From assembly GCA_963529735.1 (NCBI GenBank), contig CAUSAR010000002.1:308-64307 (forward strand): a stretch of DNA of 64,000 nucleotides, written 5' to 3'. Within the stretch, counting starts at the first letter, position 1, and each line of letters begins with the position of its first letter. Positions 10,264-19,131 of this stretch are shown piece after piece. This DNA comes from an uncultured Campylobacter sp. (GTDB lineage: Bacteria; Campylobacterota; Campylobacteria; Campylobacterales; Campylobacteraceae). Under the pieces are notes generated by a model. It worked only from the letters and a program-made list of their open reading frames with translations. It was not told the origin of the DNA and did not search any database. Made by a program: the position numbers and the translations under genes.

Positions 10264-11664
10264 ATGGGAACCAGAAGAGAACACGACTTCATAGGTGAGC
10301 TAGAGATAGCTGATAATGTATATTACGGCGTGCAAACATTTAGGGCGCTTGAGAATTTCCACATGAGCGGACGACAGCTCAAAGACTATCCGTATTTTGT
10401 AAAAGCATTTGCCCAAATCAAAAAAGCCGCAGCTCTGGCAAACAAAGAGGTTGGCGTTCTAGACGCGCAAAAAGCCGACGCTATCGCAAAAGCGTGCGAC
10501 GAGATAATTGCGGGTAAATATTTAGATCAATTCGTAGTAGACATGATTCAAGGCGGTGCTGGAACCAGCACCAATATGAACTCGAACGAAGTTATAACAA
10601 ACATCGCGCTTGAGAGCCTAGGACATAAAAAAGGCGAGTATCAGTATCTACATCCAAACGACCACACAAACCTCGGCCAAAGCACCAACGACACTTATCC
10701 AAGCTCGATTAAGGTCGCGGCTTACGCGAAATTAACCGACCTTTTAAAGGCTATGGAACTACTTAAAAACGAGCTAGAAGCTAAAGCAAAAGACTTCAAA
10801 GATATCATCAAAATGGGCAGAACCGAGCTTGAGGATGCCGTTCCTACTACGCTTGGCAACACTTTCCACGCATTTGCAAGCTACATCAAAAGCGATATCG
10901 AAAAAATCACCGCAGCTCGCGAGTCTATGGCTGTGCTAAATATGGGCGCAACTGCTATCGGTACGGGCATTAACTGCCATCCTGATTATAAAGCTGCCGT
11001 TCATAAAATTTTAAGCCAAATCACCGGCGTAAATTTCAAACCCGCAGATGATTTTATCGCAGCTACTCAAGACACTGCTGATTTCGTTCACGTTAGCGGC
11101 GCGCTAAAAACGGCTGCCGTTCGCCTAAGCAAGATTGCAAATGACTTAAGACTAATGAACTCAGGCCCAAGATGCGGTCTTGGCGAGATAAATTTACCAC
11201 AGATGCAGCCTGGCAGCTCTATCATGCCTGGTAAAGTTAATCCTGTCATCGCAGAGGTCGTAGGCGAAGCATGCTATGAGGTAATCGGCAACGACGTAAC
11301 CATCATGCTTTGCAGTGAAAGGGGCGAATTTGAGCTAAACGCATTTGAGCCGGGTATCGCTTACGCGCTATTTAACTCAATCTTTATCCTAGAAAACGCG
11401 ATGAAAACTCTAGCTGAAAAAGCTATCAGAAAACTAACTGCAAATCCTGAAGCATGCCTAAAATCAGTACTTGGCTCAGTCGGTATCGTGACTGCGTTTA
11501 ACCCGTACATCGGCTACGAAAAATCTGCAAGCATCGCTAAAGAAGCATTGCAAACAGGCAAAGCTGTAGGCGATATCTGCTTGGAGAGAGGATATTTGAA
11601 AAAAGAGGAGATAGACAAGATCCTAGAGCCTAAAAATATGCTAAACCCTCACATGGGCAAATAA
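10264..11664 (+). CDS. aspA: Aspartate ammonia-lyase
   Basis: Carries the GSSIMPGKVNP SS-loop signature, TNLGQSTNDTYPS and GRTELEDAVP. The length is 466 aa and an AAGGAG RBS is present. Confidence 0.95.
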   Translation: MGTRREHDFIGELEIADNVYYGVQTFRALENFHMSGRQLKDYPYFVKAFAQIKKAAALANKEVGVLDAQKADAIAKACDEIIAGKYLDQFVVDMIQGGAGTSTNMNSNEVITNIALESLGHKKGEYQYLHPNDHTNLGQSTNDTYPSSIKVAAYAKLTDLLKAMELLKNELEAKAKDFKDIIKMGRTELEDAVPTTLGNTFHAFASYIKSDIEKITAARESMAVLNMGATAIGTGINCHPDYKAAVHKILSQITGVNFKPADDFIAATQDTADFVHVSGALKTAAVRLSKIANDLRLMNSGPRCGLGEINLPQMQPGSSIMPGKVNPVIAEVVGEACYEVIGNDVTIMLCSERGEFELNAFEPGIAYALFNSIFILENAMKTLAEKAIRKLTANPEACLKSVLGSVGIVTAFNPYIGYEKSASIAKEALQTGKAVGDICLERGYLKKEEIDKILEPKNMLNPHMGK

Positions 11665-11683
11665 TTTAGAATAAAGTCGTGGA

Positions 11684-11710
11684 GCGCCGAAGTCAAATTC
11701 GGCGCCTTTT
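11684..11710 (+). terminator. Intrinsic terminator after aspA
   Basis: GCGCCGAA-gtcaaa-TTCGGCGC forms an 8-bp stem followed by CTTTT. Confidence 0.7.
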
Positions 11711-11751
11711 AAATTTAGTAAGTAAAAAAATCTAATACAAGGAGTTTTCCT

Positions 11752-13095
11752 ATGGATATAATGCTGATTTTACAGATTATAGTCCTACTTGGAGGTATCT
11801 ACCTGGGCGTTAGGCTAGGTGGTATGGGCGTCGGATATGCCGGCGGTCTTGGTGTCGTTATTTTGGCGATGCTCGGTATGAAAGTGGATATGAAAGATAT
11901 CCCGATGGACGTTATTTTAATCATCGCGTCCGTTATTTCGGCCATCACTGCGATGCAAGTCGCGGGCGGACTTGATTATTTGGTTCAGGTCGCATCTAAA
12001 ATTTTGCGCAAAAACCCAAAACAAATCAACTACCTAGCGCCTATCGTTACCTATCTTCTTACGATCCTAGCAGGTACGGGTCACACTGCGTTTTCTATGA
12101 TCCCTGTTATCGTAGAGGTTGCGAAGACACAAAACATCAAACCTAGCGCGCCTCTTGCGCTTTCGGTCGTTTCATCTCAAGTAGCGATCACCGCTAGCCC
12201 TATATCTGCGGCTTTTGTTGCTATGACTGGTGTTTGCGAGCCTCTTGGCGTTAGCTATCCGATGTTGCTTTTCATCTGCATATCTACTACTTTCGTGGCC
12301 ATGATCGTTACAGCCTTTATCGTAAATAAATTTTACGATCTTGACCTCTCAAAAGACCATATCTATCAAGACAGGCTTGCTAGAGGTGCGGTTGCGGAGA
12401 TAAAAGAGGTAGAGTATCAGGCGCTAAAACCTTATGCGAAAAGATCGGTTGCGATATTTGCCGTCGGCGTTTTAGTCGTCGTTTGCTATGCGCTTGTTAT
12501 TTCAAAGAGCCTTGGCATCGTGGCAAAACCTATCCTTTCTAGAGACGCTGCTATCATCAGCTTTATGCTTACTATCGGCTTCCTTATCGCTACGCTTTGT
12601 AAGGTCGACACTAGCAAATTGCTTTCAACCAGCACTTTTCAAAGCGGTATGAACGCGTGCATATGCGTCATCGGTATCGCATGGCTAGGCACTACTTTCG
12701 TTAACGGCCACATCGATAGCATCAAAGAGGTGGCTAAAAATGTCGTTACGCAGTATCCGTTTATACTAGCCGTCGCGCTATATTTCCTAAGCTGCTTGCT
12801 ATATTCTCAAGCTGCGACTACTCGCGTTATGATGCCTGCGGTCGCTGCTGCACTGGGTATGACTACGCCTGAGAACTCAGGTCAAATTTGGATCCTAGTA
12901 GCTTCATTTGCCGCTGTTTCAGGACTATTCGTACTTCCTACGTATCCTACGACTTTAGGCGCTATCGCTATGGATGATACGGGAACGACTAGAGTCGGTA
13001 AGTTTGTATTTAACCACTCATTCTTCGTGCCTGGCACCATCATGGTTGCGCTTTCAGTTGCATTTGCGTTCCTAATAGCTCCTGTTCTTCTCTAA
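11752..13095 (+). CDS. dcuA: Anaerobic C4-dicarboxylate transporter, DcuA family
   Basis: 447-aa polytopic membrane protein lying directly downstream of aspA, as in the C. jejuni aspA-dcuA pair. Confidence 0.88.
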   Translation: MDIMLILQIIVLLGGIYLGVRLGGMGVGYAGGLGVVILAMLGMKVDMKDIPMDVILIIASVISAITAMQVAGGLDYLVQVASKILRKNPKQINYLAPIVTYLLTILAGTGHTAFSMIPVIVEVAKTQNIKPSAPLALSVVSSQVAITASPISAAFVAMTGVCEPLGVSYPMLLFICISTTFVAMIVTAFIVNKFYDLDLSKDHIYQDRLARGAVAEIKEVEYQALKPYAKRSVAIFAVGVLVVVCYALVISKSLGIVAKPILSRDAAIISFMLTIGFLIATLCKVDTSKLLSTSTFQSGMNACICVIGIAWLGTTFVNGHIDSIKEVAKNVVTQYPFILAVALYFLSCLLYSQAATTRVMMPAVAAALGMTTPENSGQIWILVASFAAVSGLFVLPTYPTTLGAIAMDDTGTTRVGKFVFNHSFFVPGTIMVALSVAFAFLIAPVLL

Positions 13096-13114
13096 GAATT
13101 TTGAGCCAAATTTA

Positions 13115-13140
13115 GCCGAGACTTCGCTCTCGGCTTTTTT
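13115..13140 (+). terminator. Intrinsic terminator after dcuA
   Basis: GCCGAGA-cttcgc-TCTCGGC stem followed by TTTTTT. Confidence 0.8.
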
Positions 13141-13158
13141 AAATTTAAGGACTTTTTC

Positions 13159-13842
13159 ATGAAACGAATCGGAATTTTAGGCGGCATGGGACCGCTAGCT
13201 ACGATAGATCTATACGCTAAGATCGTAGAGCTCACAAACGCCGCAAAAGACCAGGACAACATCCCTATCGTCATTGACAACCACCCGCAGATCCCAGACC
13301 GCACGGCGTATATCCTGCACGGAGGCGAGGATCCGTTTCCTTTTATGAAAGAGTCCGCGACGAGGCTCAAAAACGCGGGCTGTGAGGCTATCTGCATAGC
13401 TTGCAACACGGCTCACTATTTTGCCAAGCGCCTAACGCAGGAGTGCGGCGTAAATATCCTGCACATAGCTAAAATCGCGACCGCGTCGATAAAGTTAAAT
13501 TTCCCGCACGCTAAAAAGATCGCCGTCATCGCCACCACCGGCACGACAGCGGCTAAAATTTACGAAAACGAGCTGATCGCCGCAGGCCTAGAGTGCGTGA
13601 AAATCCCCGAAAATTTGATGAGCAACATCATGGACTGCATTTATAAAGGCGCGAAGGCAAACAAGCTAAAAGAGTACGTCGAGCTCTTTAACGATACGAT
13701 CGCGGCTATCGAGGCTGATGCGTATATCGCGGCTTGCACGGAGATACCGCTGTTTTTACCGTACGCGACGAAAAAAGATAAATTCGTAGACGCTACTCTC
13801 GAGCTTGCTAAAGCAGCCGTTAAATTCGGCCTAGAAAAATAA
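13159..13842 (+). CDS. Aspartate/glutamate-family amino-acid racemase (aspartate racemase-like)
   Basis: Shows IGILGGMGPLAT and two catalytic-Cys motifs (CIACNTAHYF and AACTEIPL). Confidence 0.85.
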   Translation: MKRIGILGGMGPLATIDLYAKIVELTNAAKDQDNIPIVIDNHPQIPDRTAYILHGGEDPFPFMKESATRLKNAGCEAICIACNTAHYFAKRLTQECGVNILHIAKIATASIKLNFPHAKKIAVIATTGTTAAKIYENELIAAGLECVKIPENLMSNIMDCIYKGAKANKLKEYVELFNDTIAAIEADAYIAACTEIPLFLPYATKKDKFVDATLELAKAAVKFGLEK

Positions 13843-13926
13843 CCAAATTTGCGTCTAATCGGCGCAAATTTACCCCCTCTTAAAACAAATTTTTATAAAA
13901 TACAAGCTAAATTTAAAGGATAAACG

Positions 13927-14685
13927 ATGAAATTTGGCGAATTTAAAAATGCAAAAACTTTAAGCCTGGCAAGCCTGCTTTGCGAGCAAAACCCGCAGCT
14001 AGCAGAGCTGATAAAACAAAACGAATTTTTATATATTTCTTGCTTTGAGGATAAAATTTTAGGCACTGAAAATCTCGTTCGCTGCGAGATCGGCTCGGCT
14101 AGCTACGTGCTGGCGCTGCTTTGTAAATACTCGCTTGACGCGGCTAAATTTGACGAGCAAACGCGAGAATACTTTGAGGGGCTTGACGAAGGATACCTAA
14201 GTGGCGAGTGCAACGTCGGCGAGGAGGAGTTTGAGCAGATCGCGGAGTTTTTAGGTGGTTGCAAAAATATCGTGATCGATAGCTCCTTTTTAGCCCATGC
14301 TGACGCGAAAAATATATTCGAGTTCTTGCAAATGCTCGGCAAAAATGTCGTTTTGGCTGACGGCGAGCAGGCCGAGTTTAAAACGGACGGCGAGCTAATG
14401 CCGTTAAAAGAGCCAGAGAGCTTTGACGGTAGCGTCGTGTTTTTTATGGATGAGACGGACGGGTCAAATTTGAGCGGCGAGGTAAAAGAGCTAATCGGCT
14501 CGGCGTCGTTTGCCGCGGCTGCGAAGGTAAAAGACGGCGATATAGTGAGCGTGCAGGCTAATGGCGCCGACGTTGTGGCTAAATTTAAGTTAGAGCCGCA
14601 GATGAAGGGCACGGTCGCGCTTTGTAGGGCGAAATTCAGCGGATACGCCTTTAAGCTGGTTAAAATCGTAAAAACGGCACAGTAG
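13927..14685 (+). CDS. Hypothetical acidic protein
   Basis: 252-aa ORF with a plausible RBS (AAAGGA). I recognise no family. The antisense 247-aa ORF looks like a shadow. Confidence 0.5.
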   Translation: MKFGEFKNAKTLSLASLLCEQNPQLAELIKQNEFLYISCFEDKILGTENLVRCEIGSASYVLALLCKYSLDAAKFDEQTREYFEGLDEGYLSGECNVGEEEFEQIAEFLGGCKNIVIDSSFLAHADAKNIFEFLQMLGKNVVLADGEQAEFKTDGELMPLKEPESFDGSVVFFMDETDGSNLSGEVKELIGSASFAAAAKVKDGDIVSVQANGADVVAKFKLEPQMKGTVALCRAKFSGYAFKLVKIVKTAQ

Positions 14686-14987
14686 CTAGCAATTTGGCGG
14701 ATGGATTTATCCGCCGAGGCTGTATAAAATTTAATCTCAAAACGAGGCATCGTAGCGTCAAATTTGACTTGGCAAGCATGGTTTTTGGCGTCAAATTTGA
14801 CCGCTGAACTAAAATTCGCTCGCAACCGCGCTACTTCAAAATCCAAATTTTCCCTCTATGCCAAAGTTAAATTTAAGCTAAATAAAATTTTATCCAGATG
14901 TGCGAAATTTAGTAAAAAAATCGCCCCAAAAGCGCGTAATATTCGCTTTTATAGCGCTTTTTAAACGAAAAAGGGTATAATGGCCGC

Positions 14988-17360
14988 ATGAGAAAATATT
15001 TTTTGCTTTTTTTACCGATTTTGGCGTTTTCTTTTAGCCTGAGCGTAAATTCGGGCGCAGAGGACGGCAGGCCATACACAGTGATAAACATCAGCGACGA
15101 GAAGGAATTCGTCTGCAAAGAGGAGATCCTCGCCTACGACCGCAAGCTATATTTTTGCGACGTCGCTAGCGGCGCACTGCCAAAGGTCGACGATAAAATT
15201 TTAGCCCTGGCTGAAGTTAGATTTCGCGAGGAAAAAGGCGGTATGCGTATCTACGTCGTGCCGCGCGTGAGCTCTCGTCTGATCTCGTCTAGCGAGCCTC
15301 TTTACGGCGCATCCGCCGTGCCATTTAGTAAAAACGGCGGCGCAGCCAAACGCCACTCCATCGTGATAGATCAGAATTTAAGCGAATTTAAAAAACAAAC
15401 AAACGCAGGGATAAATTTCGCCCCGATATTTGAGCAGATGACCGCACCTAGCATCGGACCGCTCGATCTAAACAAGGCCCCGATAGAAAGCGGCGATAGC
15501 AACGACATAAATATGTACCTGGATGTGAAAAAAAGCTACGACGCCAAACGCTACGACGACACGATAGCCACGATCCAGACGGCGCTAAGGCGCTATCCAA
15601 ACAGCATTTTTGCCAGCGAGTTTTTGCTATACAGACTGCGCGCTTTGGATAAAATTTTAGACTCGCAAAACAGCTTCGAGGGGCTCGGCGCAGCAGATGT
15701 CGCGAGCGAGGGGCGCGCATGGATGAGGCGGTTCGTGTCGGACGAAAACTACCCCGAGGTACTCTATCTAGTAACCAAAGCCTACCTCAGGCAGGAGCTC
15801 GTTAGCGACGCGAACTACACGCTGGACATCCTCATGAACGAGCATCCAAACTCAAATTTTACCAAGCTAGCCGTCCTTGAGTTTGCCGATAGGCTCTACG
15901 TCACGGGCAGGCAGGACGAGGCGGTAAAGATGTACGAGGACGTGCTGTACTCGGCGCAGACGCTAGACGTCGCTAGCCGCGCGGCTCTGAGCCTCGTGCA
16001 AGGCAGCATTGACAAGGCCAAATTTGACCACGCCAAGGACTTTATGCTCAAAATTTTAAACAGAAATCAAGAGTACCTGCTAAACGACGCGTCAAAACTA
16101 ACGACGCTGGCTGGGGTATTTCACGAGAAAAACATGGACGATATCGCCGCGAGGATATATGAAATCCTGCTCGCTCGTCTAAACAAAAACGACGATGACT
16201 ACGAAACCGTGCTAAAAAATCTAGGCATCGCGCTAACTGGCACGCCGGACACGCAAAAAGCATACGAATACCTAAAAAGATACCAAAGCGAGTTTGCGGA
16301 CGGGCAGTACGCCGCCATCGTGCAAAATGCGCTAGATAAGCTATTTTTCGCCAGAAATGACGAAAACAACGCGACTAAGCTGCACGAACACTACGACGCG
16401 CTTATCGAAAAATACGGCAAAACGGACGTCGGCACTAAGGCGCTAAAAGAGCAGGCCGCGCTCTATCTAAAAGAGCGTAAATTTGACTCCGTCCTACGCT
16501 ACACCCAGGCCGTGCGCGATCTAAACGATACGGACGCTAGCGCGGTATTGGATCAGGCGGCGCTAAATTTAGCGAGTGAAGCCATCCGTCAAAACGACTG
16601 CGTTACGGCTGTAAATTTGACAGAAAACTACGGCGTAGGCGAGAAAATCGGAGCTAAATTTAAGCTCTTTGACTGCTATATGCGCCTTTCTCGCTTCGCC
16701 GCCGCGCACGATCTCGCCTCACAAAATATCCTTGCGCCCGACATGCTCGACCGCGTGGAGTGGCTCATCAAACTAGCCTCCGTTTTGATAAAGACGCAGA
16801 AGTATAACGACGCCTTGCGCGTGGCCGACGAGGCGCTGGCTATCGCATCTAGGCAGGAGTATGCCGACGTCTCGCCCGTGCTTTTTTATAGATTTGAGGC
16901 GCTGATGGGATTAGGTAGGCTCACCGACGCCGCCGCGACGATAACGGCCGTCGAGACGCTACGCAAAAACGACTTTAAGGTCATCGAGCTCTACGACCGC
17001 ATGGCTGAGGCGACGTACGGCGCGAACGACTTTTTAAACGCGTCGGTTTACGCCAAAAAGGCGATCGACCTACAAAAGCGCCTGCATATCGCCACCTTTA
17101 GCCCAAAAATCGACTTTGAGTACATCGGCTCGCTAAGTAAGCTGGATAGACTAGGCGAGGCTTTGCAAGTCGCGCGAGAACTCGTAGATACGCGCCTAGA
17201 TCCCGAAAACAGACTGCGCGCGCTAGCTCAGATCTCGGAAATCTACATCAAACTAAAACGCGAAAGCGAAGCAAAGCCGTATCTACAGGAGTGCGTCGGC
17301 TCAAATCTGCAAAGCTCGTGGAAGGCCATCTGCGCTGAGCAGATGAAGCTCGTGGAGTAA
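14988..17360 (+). CDS. Secreted/periplasmic TPR-like repeat protein
   Basis: Has a signal peptide (MRKYFLLFLPILAFSFSLSVNSGA). The 790-aa body is helical-repeat-rich with many A/L/Y/D-rich ~34-aa units. Confidence 0.7.
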   Translation: MRKYFLLFLPILAFSFSLSVNSGAEDGRPYTVINISDEKEFVCKEEILAYDRKLYFCDVASGALPKVDDKILALAEVRFREEKGGMRIYVVPRVSSRLISSSEPLYGASAVPFSKNGGAAKRHSIVIDQNLSEFKKQTNAGINFAPIFEQMTAPSIGPLDLNKAPIESGDSNDINMYLDVKKSYDAKRYDDTIATIQTALRRYPNSIFASEFLLYRLRALDKILDSQNSFEGLGAADVASEGRAWMRRFVSDENYPEVLYLVTKAYLRQELVSDANYTLDILMNEHPNSNFTKLAVLEFADRLYVTGRQDEAVKMYEDVLYSAQTLDVASRAALSLVQGSIDKAKFDHAKDFMLKILNRNQEYLLNDASKLTTLAGVFHEKNMDDIAARIYEILLARLNKNDDDYETVLKNLGIALTGTPDTQKAYEYLKRYQSEFADGQYAAIVQNALDKLFFARNDENNATKLHEHYDALIEKYGKTDVGTKALKEQAALYLKERKFDSVLRYTQAVRDLNDTDASAVLDQAALNLASEAIRQNDCVTAVNLTENYGVGEKIGAKFKLFDCYMRLSRFAAAHDLASQNILAPDMLDRVEWLIKLASVLIKTQKYNDALRVADEALAIASRQEYADVSPVLFYRFEALMGLGRLTDAAATITAVETLRKNDFKVIELYDRMAEATYGANDFLNASVYAKKAIDLQKRLHIATFSPKIDFEYIGSLSKLDRLGEALQVARELVDTRLDPENRLRALAQISEIYIKLKRESEAKPYLQECVGSNLQSSWKAICAEQMKLVE

Positions 17361-17707
17361 ATTTATCCTTATTTTACTTTTAAACCCTCTCAAATTTAGC
17401 CTGAAAGCTCGGGTTAAATTTGAGTTTGCTTGCTATGCTTTTGGCTTTGTGCCGGGCCTTGGCTCATGCTGGACGCGATGCTATCTTTTTATCCGCAGAT
17501 ATTTTTACGATAAATATATCAAATTTAAGGCGGTTTGACGTTAAATTTGACTTTTTGCCTGATTAAATTTGCCAAGCGGCGGTAAAACGTAAAATTTTCA
17601 AAACGTAGCTACGTTTTTGCTATCAAATTTAATCCCCAAATTTAGGCGCTTTACTACGTCAAATTTGATATAATTTCTAAAATAAGCGCTTGTAAAAGGA
17701 GCTGGCC
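17361..17707. repeat. Intergenic spacer densely seeded with the palindromic hexamer AAATTT
   Basis: About 9-10 AAATTT copies in 347 bp by eye, typically as YCAAATTTGA, GTTAAATTTGAC or CAAATTTAGCC. Confidence 0.8.
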
Positions 17708-18802
17708 GTGAACGCAAAATTTCAAGCCGAGATGAAAGAGCTGGACGAAAAATTTGCTGAAATCTCTGAGGATGCAAAAAGGCAGTACGATAGGCATAGG
17801 TTTATCAGGCGGGCGACTATGACGTACTGGTCGTCGACGTTTGCCGTTTTTTATCTTTTTGCGATGTTGGCGCCGTATATGGAGTCATTTTTCATAAGTA
17901 ACGGCATAGAATTGCCACCTGAAATTTTTAGCTATATTCGGGGCGCCGTGATAATAGTTGCGCCTATTTGCGCTACAATTTATGTTTTAAGGCGAGATAA
18001 AACCAAGCGATACAGCTATCTTTTCGTGAGGGATCAGTGGGATAGCTTCCTGGCTTTTAGGATAGAAAATTTTGCCAGCATAGTTTTGATTTCGTACCCG
18101 ATTTTGCTTATTATCGGGTCGTTTTTCGTGAAGGGTAGTGGCGGCGAATACGGCGTTTATGCGTTTTTATACGGCCTTGTCGTGGCTCCGATTTGCTTGC
18201 TTGTTTTTGCGGTGTGCTACTCTCGCAACAAAAGCTCATACGAGCCAGCACCCGAAGCTGCAGATCTGCGCAGGGAGTCCGGTCTAGCTCAAAGCGCGAA
18301 ATCAGCAGAGGAAAGACTTGGCGAGCTAAACGACCTGGACGCGGAATTTGATCAAATACCTTGGGATCTAAAAAACCGTTACGACGTGCATAGGCTTATC
18401 AGGCGCGCTAGTATGGCGTTTATCGGGTTTGTGCTTATGGTTTCGTGGTTTGCGAGCTTTATAGGAAACGTCTTGGGTGTTGCTTACATTGCAGTGGTGC
18501 TGATTTTGCCGTATATTTTCACGAAAATTTACCTAAAAAGCTACCCTACGAAAAAATACAGCAAATTTTTCATAAAAAATCAGCGACTTTGCTTGATGAT
18601 TTTTACGGTTGAAAATTTAGCTAGCATTGCCTTGAACTTGTATCCGCTTGTGCTCATAATAGCAGCTCTGATCGCTAGAAATGACGAAAAAACGGCGAGC
18701 CTGCTTTTGGGCGGCTCAAACGTATTGTCGGCTTGTCTGGTTACCTTTGCGGCATGCTATCTGTTTAACCGAAGTACGTATATCCCAAAAAACGAAGCGT
18801 AA
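17708..18802 (+). CDS. Integral membrane protein built from two homologous ~180-aa halves
   Basis: GTG start. Each half has a short amphipathic head (KELDEKF..YDRHRFIRRATM versus NDLDAEF..YDVHRLIRRASM) followed by about 4 TM segments. Confidence 0.7.
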   Translation: MNAKFQAEMKELDEKFAEISEDAKRQYDRHRFIRRATMTYWSSTFAVFYLFAMLAPYMESFFISNGIELPPEIFSYIRGAVIIVAPICATIYVLRRDKTKRYSYLFVRDQWDSFLAFRIENFASIVLISYPILLIIGSFFVKGSGGEYGVYAFLYGLVVAPICLLVFAVCYSRNKSSYEPAPEAADLRRESGLAQSAKSAEERLGELNDLDAEFDQIPWDLKNRYDVHRLIRRASMAFIGFVLMVSWFASFIGNVLGVAYIAVVLILPYIFTKIYLKSYPTKKYSKFFIKNQRLCLMIFTVENLASIALNLYPLVLIIAALIARNDEKTASLLLGGSNVLSACLVTFAACYLFNRSTYIPKNEA

Positions 18803-19131
18803 TTTTACAAATTTGATGGGCGTTTGATGCTGGTTTTGTGCTCGGCGCGATACGGCGCGGAAAATTTGAACGGATTTGTAACTTTAGCTCGTTTAAATTT
18901 GACTTCAAAATTTTAGCGTATCTAAAAATAGCCGCTAAATTTAACGCGAGCGATCTCAAATTTGCTTTATATCCACGAGAAAAATCAAATTAGACAGTAA
19001 AAACGGAGCTAAAATTTGAGGCAAGATTTAGGCTGTTGTAGCTTTTGGCAAGCTAGATTAAATTTGACGAAGCGGCGGCTAAATTTACGCGGTAAAGCGT
19101 TCAAATTTAGCCGGTCTTTTTGGAGCAAATT
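18803..19131. repeat. Intergenic spacer densely seeded with AAATTT
   Basis: 11 AAATTT copies in 329 bp by eye. Confidence 0.8.

Noticed and set aside
14103-14846. 247-aa minus-strand ORF overlapping the hypothetical gene 13927-14685
   Set aside because: The product is Ser-rich nonsense-like, with no RBS, and it runs into the AAATTT-rich spacer. The plus-strand frame has a more protein-like composition. Neither has a recognised family, so this rejection is only moderately confident.
14764-15118. 66- and 69-aa ORFs in the spacer upstream of the TPR gene
   Set aside because: They fall in an AAATTT-rich intergenic spacer, or antisense over the start of the TPR gene. They have no RBS and their composition is driven by the repeats.
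17361-19131. Regularly recurring short repeats that might have been a CRISPR array
   Set aside because: The recurring unit is only a 6-12-nt palindrome at irregular spacing. There are no 24-37-nt direct repeats and no cas genes.
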